Translations under genes and position numbers: made by a program
Origin: Opitutales bacterium
GTDB taxonomy: Bacteria; Verrucomicrobiota; Verrucomicrobiia; Opitutales; UBA2987
Assembly (NCBI GenBank): GCA_965226885.1
Contig: CBDDEL010000013.1
Coordinates: forward strand, 288,001-352,000
Length of the DNA stretch: 64,000 nucleotides
Direction of reading: 5' to 3'
Part shown: in pieces, positions 32,327 to 42,856 of the stretch
Layout: every line of letters begins with the position of its first letter
How positions within the stretch are numbered: the first letter of the stretch is position 1
Notes under the pieces: generated by a model
The model's database searches: none
Told to the model about the DNA's origin: nothing
Seen by the model: only the letters and a program-made list of their open reading frames with translations

Positions 32327-34157
32327 GAGGCTGTCCCAAAAGGGTGATTTTTGCGAGGGCTTTTGATAGGCGCTCATTTTAGAGGTATTTGCATTTGGGA
32401 GAGTATCAACTTTGCTCTCCTATGACGTTAGGATACTGGTTTTGGGGTCCGGTTGCCTGGTTTTCTTTGTATGAGCCGACAGTAAGGCTGTGAAAAAGTA
32501 TTGTCCTTGCTTTTCCGCTCTCTAGGCCGCCGCTTTGGTTTTTAGTTCGTCTTGCTGGGCCAGCATCTTGGCTACTTTCCATAGGTTGTGCGAGAGTACC
32601 GACCAGGCTACGCTGATCGAGCGGTTGGCAAAGCCTTTGCTGCGCAACCGCCCGGCCTGCCAGCGATTCTTCAATACCCCGATCCGCCCTTCGGTGCTGG
32701 CCCGGCGCTTTTGCAATTGTCTGAACAGTGGTTCCTCCATCCGTTTTTTCAACTGCTTCGGATCGCGTGGACAGAGCGCGTCGTAGATTCCCTCCTGGGC
32801 TAACTGCCGGCGGGCCCGCTGGGAGGCAAATCCCCGGTCCGCGCACATGGCCGCTATGGGTTCTTCCAGGTTGAAGCGGTTCTGTCTTTGCAAACTCTCT
32901 TGCATTTGTTCATTTTCGCTTGGAGTTCGGCTGCCGTAGAGTTTCCAGTCCAGCAGGTACCCTTCAACGCTTTCTCCCAAAAACAGGGTGTTGCCGAACT
33001 CGACCTCTTGGCCCGCTTTACCTCGCACAATCACCTGCCCATCGAGTTCGTAAACACTCAAGACTTTCTCTGCGTTTTTCACCTGCCGGCCGCCAATGAT
33101 CCGCTCGTGCGCCTGTTTGATGACCACCGGGATTTGCTCGCTCATGCGCTCCATCCGGGCGAGGATCTGTTGGACCTGTTTTTCGCTGTAATCGCTTTGC
33201 TCCCAGCAGGCTTGCAATAATTCCCGGTGACTGATTCCCGGTGACTGCGGGCATGCTCCCCGATCCGTTTGAGCAGCTTTTTCATCTGCCTCAAGATACC
33301 CTTGCGCTGCCGCGCGCTGTCCTTTCGCCGCCGGCTGTGGGTCATCTGTATGCACAGCCGATTCATCTGCCGAGCCAAGGGCTCCGGTTCGATCGGCATG
33401 CGATGGCGCAAACCGGCCTTCTCGCGGATCAGCCGGATCGCTTTGAGCAACGTGCCGGCTACATCCTTGAGTAATACCCAGTCCGTCGGCCAATGAATGT
33501 TAGCCTCCAAACAGGTGCCGTCGATCAGGCAAATGGTGGTGTCAATCGGCTTGTCCAATCCCACCTGCCGGGCCAGAAGGGCATCGCCCACCACCTCAGT
33601 CAAGGTCCGGTGCAAGGCCCTCAACTGCTCTTCGCTGAAAAACTTCGAGGCCCGCTCCAGGGTGCTTTTGGAGATGCCCCTGATGCCATCGATCTGCCGG
33701 ACACGGCAAAAGTCGGCCAACAGATCGCTGCTGCCCAGAGCCCGCGACAAATGCCGAAACGAAATCCCTCCGAGCAGACGGCCCAGCGTATCCATGCGCA
33801 GTGCCTTGATGGCAAAACTGGCCCGCTGCCGCCGGGCCTTTAGACCCATTGGCGGCCACCCCTCCAAGGCCAGCTCAATGGCCTGCGATTCCACCTCCGA
33901 GTCGATCAGCAGCCGATCGATTCGATCAATGGTGGCGCGGAAGTTATCGTAATCGAGGCACCGGTCGACCACAGTTAAAGCTGGACGCAGGAGGCATTGG
34001 ATGGCTATATTTTTCATAGAAAGGGCTATATTGATTTTCGCTAACTCAATTATAGAACCCTTTTTTGGCCGGATCGAGCAAAAACTTGCTCTTTCCGGCT
34101 CTTTTTATCAACATCATCCAGTTGACTATAAAATCTTTATATTTTTGGGACAGCCTC
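32327..34157 (-). mobile_element. IS5/ISNCY-like element; transposase (34017-32522) frameshifted
   Basis: Both TIRs with TA flanks; 14-bp duplication at 33220-33247. Confidence 0.95.
33220..33247. repeat. 14-bp tandem duplication
   Basis: ATTCCCGGTGACTG x2; single in sister copies. Confidence 0.9.
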
Positions 34158-34161
34158 TAGG

Positions 34162-34317
34162 TATAAAGGAGATGCGGGTAAAATCCTGAAGGAGCTTTCC
34201 GGTCTTGGGGATGTCGAGCATTTCGAGATTGTGCGGCCATCGCTGCACGATATATTCTTGCGACTGGCCGGTGGGAACAAGCCGCCTGAAAAAGTAATTG
34301 AGTCGAGCCATGATTAA
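34162..34317 (+). pseudogene. ABC transporter ATP-binding protein, C-terminal remnant
   Basis: YKGDAGKILKELSGLGDVEHFEIVRPSLHDIFLRLAG resembles the C-terminal tail of ABC-2 ATPases; overlaps the permease start. Confidence 0.7.
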
Positions 34318-35629
34318 AATTTGGAGCATTGCCTGGAACGACTATCTTTTAACCGTCATTTCACGGACTTTTCTCATCAGTTTGCTGTTGGCGCCCCTGC
34401 TTTTTCTCGGCATTTCGGGTATTCAGTTGATTGCCCGGAGCAATAAGGATTTGCAGGACAAGGTCCTGGTGGTGGTTGATCGGAGCAATGTTCTTTATCC
34501 CGCCATCGCGGAAAAGGCTGTCAAAAGAAACCGCAGCGGTAAGGTGCTAAGCGGAGATTTGGGCAAGAAAAAAAAGGTCGGTTCCCGTTTTTTGATCGAA
34601 CCTTATGGAAACGATTTTGCGATGGTGGACAAAATCGAAAAGGATCTTTCGGAGAAAATTCGCAACAAGGAAATATTTGCTTTTGCCTTGATTGGAAAAG
34701 ATGTCGTCCATCCGGGCGAGGGTTCCGACAATAGAATTTCCTATTATTCGGATTCTCCCACCACTTATGACTTGCCCGATTGGTTGAGCGAGGCTGCCAA
34801 CGAAAAAGTGGAGTCGCTGCGCTTTGAGAGCGCCGGCATACATCAACGCACGGTGAACAAGTTGCTGCAGCCCGTTTCCCTGGATCGTCTCGGTTTGGCG
34901 GATGCGTCCAAAGAGGGTTTGAAAAGTCTGGCCCAAAAGGAGGATATGGTGGAGGCGTTCATTGTGCCGCTGGGAGCCGTTTTCCTTCTTTTCATTATCG
35001 TTAACATGAGCGCCCCACTCATGCTCAACATGGTTATTGAGGAAAAAATGAACAAGATCATGGAAGTGCTTATTTCCTCGGTCCCGCCTTTCCACCTGAT
35101 GCTGGGTAAATTGCTGGCCGCCACCATGGTCGGACTCACTTTGGCGACGGTTTATCTTGGGTCCATGATCGCCTTGTTCCTGACTTTTGGCGATGGGGAT
35201 GCCATTCCCGGACGGCTGTGCCTCTGGTTTATCCTTTTCCTGATTCTTGCCTTGATGAGCTACGGGTCCATTTGGGGTAGCATCGGGGCAGCCTGTTCGG
35301 AAATAAAAGACACCCAGAATTTTGCCGGATTGACGGTCATCATGGTTATTGCGCCGTTTGCGCTGGTTATCCCGGTCCTGGAATCACCGGGGAGCGCTTT
35401 TTCCATTGGCATTTCGCTGGTCCCTCTCTTTACGCCCATGCTCATGCTACTGCGCCTTGGGATTCCTCCCGGTCCCGCACCCTGGGAAATAGGACTCAGC
35501 CTGGTTTTATGCGTCGCCTTCACCTTGTTGTGCGTTTGGGGCAGCGGAAAGATTTTTCGTTTCGGGTTACTGGCCCAGGGCCACCGGCCGAACCTGGGCC
35601 AGGTGATCCGATGGCTTTTTTCATCGTAA
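34310..35629 (+). CDS. ABC-2 family (NatB-like) transporter permease
   Basis: N-terminal TM, periplasmic loop, VIEEKMNKIMEVLISSV...LMLGK, multiple C-terminal TMs. Confidence 0.9.
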   Translation: MIKIWSIAWNDYLLTVISRTFLISLLLAPLLFLGISGIQLIARSNKDLQDKVLVVVDRSNVLYPAIAEKAVKRNRSGKVLSGDLGKKKKVGSRFLIEPYGNDFAMVDKIEKDLSEKIRNKEIFAFALIGKDVVHPGEGSDNRISYYSDSPTTYDLPDWLSEAANEKVESLRFESAGIHQRTVNKLLQPVSLDRLGLADASKEGLKSLAQKEDMVEAFIVPLGAVFLLFIIVNMSAPLMLNMVIEEKMNKIMEVLISSVPPFHLMLGKLLAATMVGLTLATVYLGSMIALFLTFGDGDAIPGRLCLWFILFLILALMSYGSIWGSIGAACSEIKDTQNFAGLTVIMVIAPFALVIPVLESPGSAFSIGISLVPLFTPMLMLLRLGIPPGPAPWEIGLSLVLCVAFTLLCVWGSGKIFRFGLLAQGHRPNLGQVIRWLFSS

Positions 35630-35728
35630 TCGTCGGGATATAGGAATACTGACGGATGGAGTTTTGTAACCATTGTCAAAATTGAGAATCTTGATGGTTT
35701 GGCAACCCAATCTATTTTGAGATTTTGG

Positions 35729-36280
35729 TTATGATTCTTTATTTTTTCTCTTGATTATGAAAAGCCGTGGAGCCGGTTTGGACTGTTTGCCTCGGGGTGT
35801 ATCGACCAGTTCCACGAATGATTCTTTTGAATCGAGTGAAGAGGACCACTTTTCAACTGCGGCACATTCCTCTCTGCCTCCCGGGTGGCCCCGGTAGCTC
35901 AAGATTGTCAGAATACCTGCCGGTTTGAGAAGTTCATGGGCCGCATTGAGGGCCTCGATTGTGTCGGCGGGGTTTGTAATCAAACTTTTGTCGCCACCCG
36001 GCAGGTAAACGCGCTTGAACATGATGGCCTGAACTTCACCCTTTATTTCTTTGGGCAGATGATCGGCCATCTTGGCGTGATTTGCGCAAAGAAGCCGCAC
36101 CCTGGCCGTCAAACTATTCTGGTCGAGGAGAGAACGTGCCCCGGCCAGCGCTTTTTGCTGAATATCGAAGCCGAAAACGTGGCCTTTGGGGCCAACGCAT
36201 CGGGCTAAAAACTCCGTATCGTGCCCGTTGCCGACGGTTGCGTCGATGGCGGCATCGCCCTGGCCAAGAACCGCGGCCAC
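35729..36280 (-). CDS. Class I SAM-dependent methyltransferase (YtqB-like putative RNA methylase)
   Basis: IDATVGNGHDT, FGFDIQ, YLPGGDK, YRGHPGGREE; start uncertain. Confidence 0.8.
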   Translation of the reverse strand: MAAVLGQGDAAIDATVGNGHDTEFLARCVGPKGHVFGFDIQQKALAGARSLLDQNSLTARVRLLCANHAKMADHLPKEIKGEVQAIMFKRVYLPGGDKSLITNPADTIEALNAAHELLKPAGILTILSYRGHPGGREECAAVEKWSSSLDSKESFVELVDTPRGKQSKPAPRLFIIKRKNKES

Positions 36281-36326
36281 TTTTTCCTGGGCCCATTTGA
36301 CGGGATGAGGGCGAACTTCGATTCGA

Positions 36327-36665
36327 TCACTCCGGCCTGAATTCCCAGCGCTTTTTTTCTTCGTTCCAATGTTGGAGCGAGTCCGCCTCGATGTATTCGT
36401 AATTGCCGGTGTCGAGGTTGAAGGCTTTGACTGAATCCTGGTTCATTTCCCTAATTTTTTCCTGCCGGGCCTGCAGGTTGCTTTCCTTGACTTTTGCGAT
36501 ATAATCCTCAAATCCGGTGATCTCGCCGGAAACGACTGAGCCCACTGGCGATTCCTGAACTCCCTCCGCCACCGGCTGGAGGGGGGAACTGTCGGGGGTT
36601 TGGCAACCGGTCCACAAAATAAGACTCATTGCCAGGCAGGATAAATTAATAAGAACTCGGTTCAT
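36327..36665 (-). CDS. Hypothetical lipoprotein
   Basis: Signal peptide with a lipobox-like WTGC; operon-like spacing. Confidence 0.65.
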   Translation of the reverse strand: MNRVLINLSCLAMSLILWTGCQTPDSSPLQPVAEGVQESPVGSVVSGEITGFEDYIAKVKESNLQARQEKIREMNQDSVKAFNLDTGNYEYIEADSLQHWNEEKKRWEFRPE

Positions 36666-36743
36666 CTTGATTTTAAAATGACAGTATTCGAAAGGTTTCG
36701 CAACCTCAATTGGGGCAATTTTTCCGTTTGCCTGTTATTTTTT

Positions 36744-37586
36744 TCAAATTTCGTCGAAGGCTTCGGCATCAAGCTCAAACTGGCCCACTTTTGTAGCCGG
36801 GCCTGACATGGTAATTTCATAGTCGTGGCCGATCCGAATCTTCAGTTTTCCTCCAGGCATGTGGACGGTGAGGTTAGAATCGACGGCACCCATCTTTCGC
36901 GCCACGGCAGCGGCTGCGCTACTGCTGCTGCCCGAAGCAAGGGTGTAGCCGGCCCCGCGTTCCCAGATTTCGAGCTGAATATTGGTTCGATCCAGAATTT
37001 TCAATAACTGGACATTGGTTCTGTTGGGAAACAGCTCGTGTTTTTCCAGAATCGGTCCTAATTCGCGGGCCAAGGCGCTGGAAATATCATCCAGAGGGAG
37101 AACGCAATGCGGGTTCCCGATGGTGGCGGCATAAAAATTGTATTCACGGCCATTGATTTCGACGGATTCTGCCAGAACTTCCCGTTTCGGCCCTTCGACG
37201 GGAATGGTTTCGCTGTCAAAGGACACTTTGCCCATGGCAATCACTATTTTGCGGGCGCCAGGGCCAACTTCGCAGGTGACGACGCCTCCCGCCGTTGAAA
37301 TGGTAAAAGGTTTTTCCGAAACCCGATGACAATCCCAAAGATAGCGGGAAAAAATTCTCAGGCCATTGCCGCTTTTTTCCGCTTCTCCACCGTCGGGATT
37401 AAAGATGCGCAAACCGAAATCGGCCTCAGAGGAGGGCAGGGGCCCAAACAGGATGCCGTCCGAGCCGAGCCCGAAATTGCGGTGGCAAATGAGACGGATT
37501 TGAGCCGCCGTTAATTCCCCATCGACCTCCTCCGGGTTCAGAACCAGGTAGTCGTTGCCCAAGGCGTGGTATTTTTGAAATTTCAT
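36744..37586 (-). CDS. dapF: Diaminopimelate epimerase
   Basis: KYHALGNDY, GSDG, EKSGNGLR, GNPHCV, WERGAGYTLASGS (Ser in place of both catalytic Cys). Confidence 0.85.
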   Translation of the reverse strand: MKFQKYHALGNDYLVLNPEEVDGELTAAQIRLICHRNFGLGSDGILFGPLPSSEADFGLRIFNPDGGEAEKSGNGLRIFSRYLWDCHRVSEKPFTISTAGGVVTCEVGPGARKIVIAMGKVSFDSETIPVEGPKREVLAESVEINGREYNFYAATIGNPHCVLPLDDISSALARELGPILEKHELFPNRTNVQLLKILDRTNIQLEIWERGAGYTLASGSSSSAAAAVARKMGAVDSNLTVHMPGGKLKIRIGHDYEITMSGPATKVGQFELDAEAFDEI

Positions 37587-37665
37587 CGGAATTTGAAAAC
37601 GGATTTTGGGATGAATCTATGGAATTGTGATGCAAAAGTCACGAATCTAGTTTAACTTTGAGAAT

Positions 37666-39873
37666 ATGGGTGAAACTGGCAGTGGCGATGAGCTTCCCTT
37701 CAATGAAACGATCTGCGGTCTCTGGATAAGCGAGAGTGGGGAGGCCTGCCTTTCCCTCCTCGACCATAAAAATGGCCGCCGGGAAATTAAGCATCCTTTC
37801 ATTCCCTTTGCCTGGGCCAACGATCTTCCGCAAACGGCTATTTTTAGGGAAGAAACTCTTTCCGGCGATGCCCCCTATCGTTTCCTGCTACATTTCGATG
37901 ATCTCCAAAGCTACCGCGATTTGTTCAAAAACCGACCGGAAAATATCTTCGTGGAGAATGTCAGGGCGTTGGAAAGCCAGTTCCTGCTGCGCTATCAAAA
38001 ACGTCTATACGAGAACCTTCCCTTCAGCCGGTTGCGCCGTTGCCAATGCGATATTGAGACGGCTTGCAGCGTGCCGGGCGGTTTCAGCAATGCCGGCCGG
38101 AAAGAGGATCGTGTGCTTGCCATAGGGCTATCCTTCTCTGGGGAAAGCGAACCGGTTTTTCTGGTTCTGGAGGAAATGAACGATGCCGCCGAGCGCGACC
38201 TTCTGAAGCGGTTCAACAAAATTTTAGCGGAAAAGGACCCCGATGTCATCGAGGGGCACAACTTTTTTAATTTCGACCTGCAATACCTGCGCCGCCGTAG
38301 TTCGCGTTTCCGGCTGCCCTGCGCCTGGGGCCGTTTCGGTCAGGAAGCGCTCTTTCGCAAAAGCCGACTGCGGGTGGCGGAGCGCTGGATCGACTTCGTT
38401 CGCTGCGACATACCGGGCCGGGCGATCATCGACACTTATTTGCTTATACAGCAATTCGATGTCACCACGCGCGACATGATTTCCTATTCGCTCAAGGATG
38501 TGGCCATATATCTGGGGGTGACGCGCCCGCAATCGGAGGAGCGAACCTACCTTTCAGCGGAAGAAATCCAGCAGACGTTTTCCCAGGACCGCGAACGTTT
38601 TTTAGCCTACCTGGGGGATGATTTGAGGGAAACCGCGGGAGTGGCCGGTCTGCTTCTGCCTACTTATTTCGCCCAGACTGAAAATTTCCCCATGACCTTG
38701 CAGGAAATTACTTTGCGGGGTTCGGCCAACAAGGTGGACCTGCTCCTGCAGGAAAATTATTTCAAAGCCCGCCGGAGTCTGCCCGAATACCCGGTGGTGC
38801 GCTCATTCGAGGGAGCTTTTTCACGAAGTTTTGTCACCAGCGTTTATCGCCATGTGCTCCATTTCGATGTGGCCTCGCTTTATCCCAGCCTTCTCATGCT
38901 GATCGGCCGCAATCCTTCCTCCGACTCGCTGGGAATTTTTATTCCCTTGTTAAAAAAACTCCGCCAGGCGAGGCTCGAATTCAAGGAGCTGGCCCGCACA
39001 GCCCCAACCGAGGAACTGCGTATTGAGAGTCAGGCTCGGCAGACCGCCTATAAAATTCTCATCAATTCCTTTTATGGATACCTGGGATTTTCCGGAGCCC
39101 GTTTTGCGGATAGCGATTTGGCCGCTGAAGTTACCCGGCGGGGGCGGGAATTGTTGCGCGAACTGATTGCCGAATTCGAACGGCTGGACTGCACCGTGCT
39201 GGAAGCGGACACCGACGGGATTTACCTTGCTACGGATGAATACTGGGAAATTCCGAATATTCTGCTGGCTAAAATCAGCAAAATTCTGCCGGAAGGGATC
39301 GAGCTGGAATATGATGGCCGTTATGATTCCATGTTTTGTTATAAGGCGAAAAATTACGCCTTGTACGATGGCAACAAAATAACCATTCGCGGCTCCGCGC
39401 TCCGTTCCCGCGGTATCGAGCCTTACTTGAAAGAGCTTTCCCGGCAGCTGATCGGCTTCTTGTTAGGCGTGGAGGAGGAATCGCCGCTTGTTTTGGCGGA
39501 GAGATTTCGCACGGCCATCAATTCCAGGTCGATGGAGATCAACCGCCTCGCGAAATCGGAATACCTCAGCCAGAGTCCCGACAGGTATAAAGAGAAAATT
39601 GATAATGGGAGAAAGCCCCGCCGCGCCTCATTGGAAGTGGCCCTGAAAATGAACCCGCAGCCCAAAATGGGTCAGCGGGTGTCCTACTACATCCCGGTTA
39701 CGGACAAGCCGCGCCGTCCCGACTGGCAAAGAGCCCTTCCCCTGAATTCTTACGATCCTGAGAATTTTCCCTACGATCCCGCCTATTACAACAAGAAGCT
39801 GGACGCCTGGATCAAACGCTACGGCGAGCATCTCCTGGAGGAAGAGGAAAACCCGCAAGGCGAGTTGTTTTAA
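37666..39873 (+). CDS. polB: Family B DNA polymerase with 3'-5' exonuclease
   Basis: Exonuclease DIET, HNFFNFDL, YLGDD; polymerase FDVASLYPS, KILINSFYG, ADTDG, KNYA. Confidence 0.9.
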   Translation: MGETGSGDELPFNETICGLWISESGEACLSLLDHKNGRREIKHPFIPFAWANDLPQTAIFREETLSGDAPYRFLLHFDDLQSYRDLFKNRPENIFVENVRALESQFLLRYQKRLYENLPFSRLRRCQCDIETACSVPGGFSNAGRKEDRVLAIGLSFSGESEPVFLVLEEMNDAAERDLLKRFNKILAEKDPDVIEGHNFFNFDLQYLRRRSSRFRLPCAWGRFGQEALFRKSRLRVAERWIDFVRCDIPGRAIIDTYLLIQQFDVTTRDMISYSLKDVAIYLGVTRPQSEERTYLSAEEIQQTFSQDRERFLAYLGDDLRETAGVAGLLLPTYFAQTENFPMTLQEITLRGSANKVDLLLQENYFKARRSLPEYPVVRSFEGAFSRSFVTSVYRHVLHFDVASLYPSLLMLIGRNPSSDSLGIFIPLLKKLRQARLEFKELARTAPTEELRIESQARQTAYKILINSFYGYLGFSGARFADSDLAAEVTRRGRELLRELIAEFERLDCTVLEADTDGIYLATDEYWEIPNILLAKISKILPEGIELEYDGRYDSMFCYKAKNYALYDGNKITIRGSALRSRGIEPYLKELSRQLIGFLLGVEEESPLVLAERFRTAINSRSMEINRLAKSEYLSQSPDRYKEKIDNGRKPRRASLEVALKMNPQPKMGQRVSYYIPVTDKPRRPDWQRALPLNSYDPENFPYDPAYYNKKLDAWIKRYGEHLLEEEENPQGELF

Positions 39874-39897
39874 GCCCGCCTTGCCGCCGCCGTTTGC

Positions 39898-40434
39898 TTA
39901 AACGTTTGCGACGGCGGGGGAACGATTGGCCACCCAATCGATTATTTTCTGCTCATCATCCTCGTTTTCGGCAACCACCCGAAGAAATTCCGAGGCGTGA
40001 ATGTCGTTTTCCTTGAGGAAAGCGCGGTCGCCGCCACAGGAATACATTATATCCGAATGCAATTCTCCCCGCAATTTGGCCTTGGCTTTCTCGATGATGC
40101 GCGGCAGCCAGCGGATTCCCCTGGCCTCTGCATCTCGGGCCGGCAATGTTTCCGGGTCTAAAATCTCCCCGCTGGAAACTCCATTTTGCTTATCCAGAAA
40201 ATAAGAACGCCGGATGTCATGAATGAGGGCAAAAGTGGCAAAATCGGGTTCACCGCTGCTATTGAAGTCTTCCGCGAAATCGTAAATCTCCTGGGCGGTT
40301 ACTCCAATGGAGGCGATGAATTCCGCTTCCGTTTCGTTAAAATAACTGTCGGGCCTACGGTTGCCGTCAGCATAAAGCTGGACCGCCTTTCCCCAGATTT
40401 CCTGCAACTGTTTTTGATAATCGTAATTTTTCAT
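39898..40434 (-). CDS. DUF5069-like protein
   Basis: WLPRIIEKAKAKLRGEL...YSCGGDRAFL pattern recalled from verrucomicrobial DUF5069 proteins. Confidence 0.65.
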   Translation of the reverse strand: MKNYDYQKQLQEIWGKAVQLYADGNRRPDSYFNETEAEFIASIGVTAQEIYDFAEDFNSSGEPDFATFALIHDIRRSYFLDKQNGVSSGEILDPETLPARDAEARGIRWLPRIIEKAKAKLRGELHSDIMYSCGGDRAFLKENDIHASEFLRVVAENEDDEQKIIDWVANRSPAVANV

Positions 40435-40473
40435 TATAATTCTAAGACGCGAATTCTTGGGAAACCTTTCATT

Positions 40474-42759
40474 TCATGTCAGCCTGAAATCTATTTGCCG
40501 TTTGAATCGATCTACCTTGTGCACCACCACTTTGATTATTTGTCCGATTTTATAGGTTTTGTTTTTGCGGCGGCCGATTATCGCCGTGCGGCTGTCATTG
40601 ATCCGATAGAGATCGTCCTTTAAAGTTGAGATATGGATCATTCCAAAAGTGGTTGACTGTACCAGCTCGATGAACATGCCGTGATTTTTGACGTCTGTTA
40701 TGATAGCTTCAAAAACGGTTTTATCCGCGCGGGCGACTTCACGTTGGAAAAATTCCAGCAATTTCAGTTTTTGGGATTCGCGCTCGGCCTCCACGCTGTT
40801 GGATTCGGTCAGGGTGAGGTGCTGGGAGAGCCTTGCCGCATCGCCCGGACCATATCTTTTTGGCGGCGCCCCATCCAGTTTCGATTTGCCGGACTTGGCC
40901 AGGTGCCGTTCCAGAACGCGGTGAACGATGAGATCGGAGTAGCGCCGGATAGGTGAGGTGAAATGCAAATAGTTTTCCTTGTTGAGGCCATAGTGGCCGT
41001 CACATTGCTCTTTATAAATAGCTTTTTTCAAGCTCTTCAGGAATTGGAGTTTTAAGGTGTATTCCTGCGGATGGTTTTTGATTTGACGCAGAAATTTGCT
41101 TACTTCGCGCCGTTTGGTCAAATCGCCCACATTCAGTTGGAACCCGACCAGGTAATCGCGCAGCTCTTCCAACCGGTCCTCATCGGGTTTGTCGTGGACC
41201 CGATAAACCGTGGGCAGACCGGCCTGCCGCAGAGATTTTGCCACCGCTTCATTGGCGGCCAGCATGAATTCCTCGATTAACTGGTGGCTCTCGTCGTACT
41301 CGATTTGCTCAATGCGGTCGGCGTAGCCTTGTTCATCCACATATATTTTGATTTCCGCCATATCGAAGTCGAGGCTTCCCTTGTCCATGCGCCTCTTCCT
41401 TAGCTTGGAGGCGATAAACCAAAGCTGGTTGATATTGGTGCGCAGGCGTTCCAAATCCTCATTGGATAATTCGGACAAGGGCCTTCCCGCAGAGCCGGTC
41501 TGGTGTGCCGGGGGCACGGGAAGATTGCGGATCTTTTTATTATCAAAATCCTGCATAAAAGCGTATGCCTGAGTGTAGGTTAACCGCTTTTTGCTATGAA
41601 TAACCGAATTGGCATAACGCACATGGGCCAGCCGGCCCTTGGCGCTGAAGGTTAGAAAAGCCGTTTTCACCAGCCGGTCCGCCCCTTCCGAAAGGCTGCA
41701 CAGTCCGTTCGACAAAGCCTTCGGAATCATAGGAATAACGGTCCCAACGAGGTAGGTCGAGTTGCCCCTTTTCTGGGCCTCCTTATCGATGGCGCTGCCC
41801 GCTTTGACGTAGGCGCCGACATCGGCGATGTGCACTCCCACCACAAATTCGCCGTTTTCCTTTTTCTCGATGGAGAGGGCGTCGTCGAAATCCTTGGCAT
41901 CGTCCGGATCGATGGTAAATGTGAATTTATTCCGCAAATCGAGCCTTCCCTGCAGGTCCCGTGGGCCCACTTTTCCCGGCAATTGGTTGGCTTGGCTGTT
42001 TACTTCCTGTGGGAACTCCGGGTCCAACTCGAAACGGTGCAGGAGGGCCTCGTACTCGGCTCCCGGAGTATGGGTTTTACCCAAAACCCCGATAATCTTT
42101 CCTTCCGGATTGAGGTGCCGCTGTTTCCACTCCATCAACCGGACGACGACCTTGTCATTGATGCGGGGAAAGGGTTTCAATTTGGATTTTCTTGGATCGG
42201 GCACCAGGATGTCCTGAATAATGCGCGGATCATCCGGGATTACATAATAGTAAGCGCGGCTTTTTTGTAGAGTTCCGGTAAGTGTTTTGCGGGCGCGTTG
42301 CAGAATCCGGATGACCCGTCCGCGCATATCCTCCTGAGGATAGGCAGGTGCACTTTTTCCCGGACGCCGCCTACGGTAACGCCCTTTTTGCTGCACCAGG
42401 CGGGCCAGGACGTGGTCTCTGTGCATGGACACGCCAGTGTCTTCGGCCGGAATGTAAAGGCGATCCTTACCCGCCGCCATGCCCAATTGGCGGAGGCGTT
42501 TGTTTTCGGGGTCGGGAATGAGTATGGCCGCGCCGCTCTGCCGGAAATTTATGATTCCCGGAATCAAATCGGCATCGGCGGGCAGGCAATGGCGATCGCC
42601 TTTGACAACCACGACAGAGCCGGAAATGACCAGCCTGCGCAGAATGTTTTTGAGGATGGACTTCTGTTTTTCCCGCAGTTTGAGTCTTTGCCCGATTTCC
42701 GCCGCTTTCAAAGGCGCATAATCGGGTTCAGCCATTAATTTGAAAATTAGTTCTTCCAT
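40474..42759 (-). CDS. rnr: Ribonuclease R
   Basis: TIDPDDAKDFDDA, IEEFMLAAN, HFTSPIRRYSDLIVHR, C-terminal S1 domain. Confidence 0.95.
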   Translation of the reverse strand: MEELIFKLMAEPDYAPLKAAEIGQRLKLREKQKSILKNILRRLVISGSVVVVKGDRHCLPADADLIPGIINFRQSGAAILIPDPENKRLRQLGMAAGKDRLYIPAEDTGVSMHRDHVLARLVQQKGRYRRRRPGKSAPAYPQEDMRGRVIRILQRARKTLTGTLQKSRAYYYVIPDDPRIIQDILVPDPRKSKLKPFPRINDKVVVRLMEWKQRHLNPEGKIIGVLGKTHTPGAEYEALLHRFELDPEFPQEVNSQANQLPGKVGPRDLQGRLDLRNKFTFTIDPDDAKDFDDALSIEKKENGEFVVGVHIADVGAYVKAGSAIDKEAQKRGNSTYLVGTVIPMIPKALSNGLCSLSEGADRLVKTAFLTFSAKGRLAHVRYANSVIHSKKRLTYTQAYAFMQDFDNKKIRNLPVPPAHQTGSAGRPLSELSNEDLERLRTNINQLWFIASKLRKRRMDKGSLDFDMAEIKIYVDEQGYADRIEQIEYDESHQLIEEFMLAANEAVAKSLRQAGLPTVYRVHDKPDEDRLEELRDYLVGFQLNVGDLTKRREVSKFLRQIKNHPQEYTLKLQFLKSLKKAIYKEQCDGHYGLNKENYLHFTSPIRRYSDLIVHRVLERHLAKSGKSKLDGAPPKRYGPGDAARLSQHLTLTESNSVEAERESQKLKLLEFFQREVARADKTVFEAIITDVKNHGMFIELVQSTTFGMIHISTLKDDLYRINDSRTAIIGRRKNKTYKIGQIIKVVVHKVDRFKRQIDFRLT

Positions 42760-42856
42760 AAATTGATTTTAGTAAATGAATCGGACTCAATGAGCCCATA
42801 AATAATACCTTTCCAGGCCGGAAAGCCCCGGCTGTTTCCTCTTGGGTCAGGGATTT

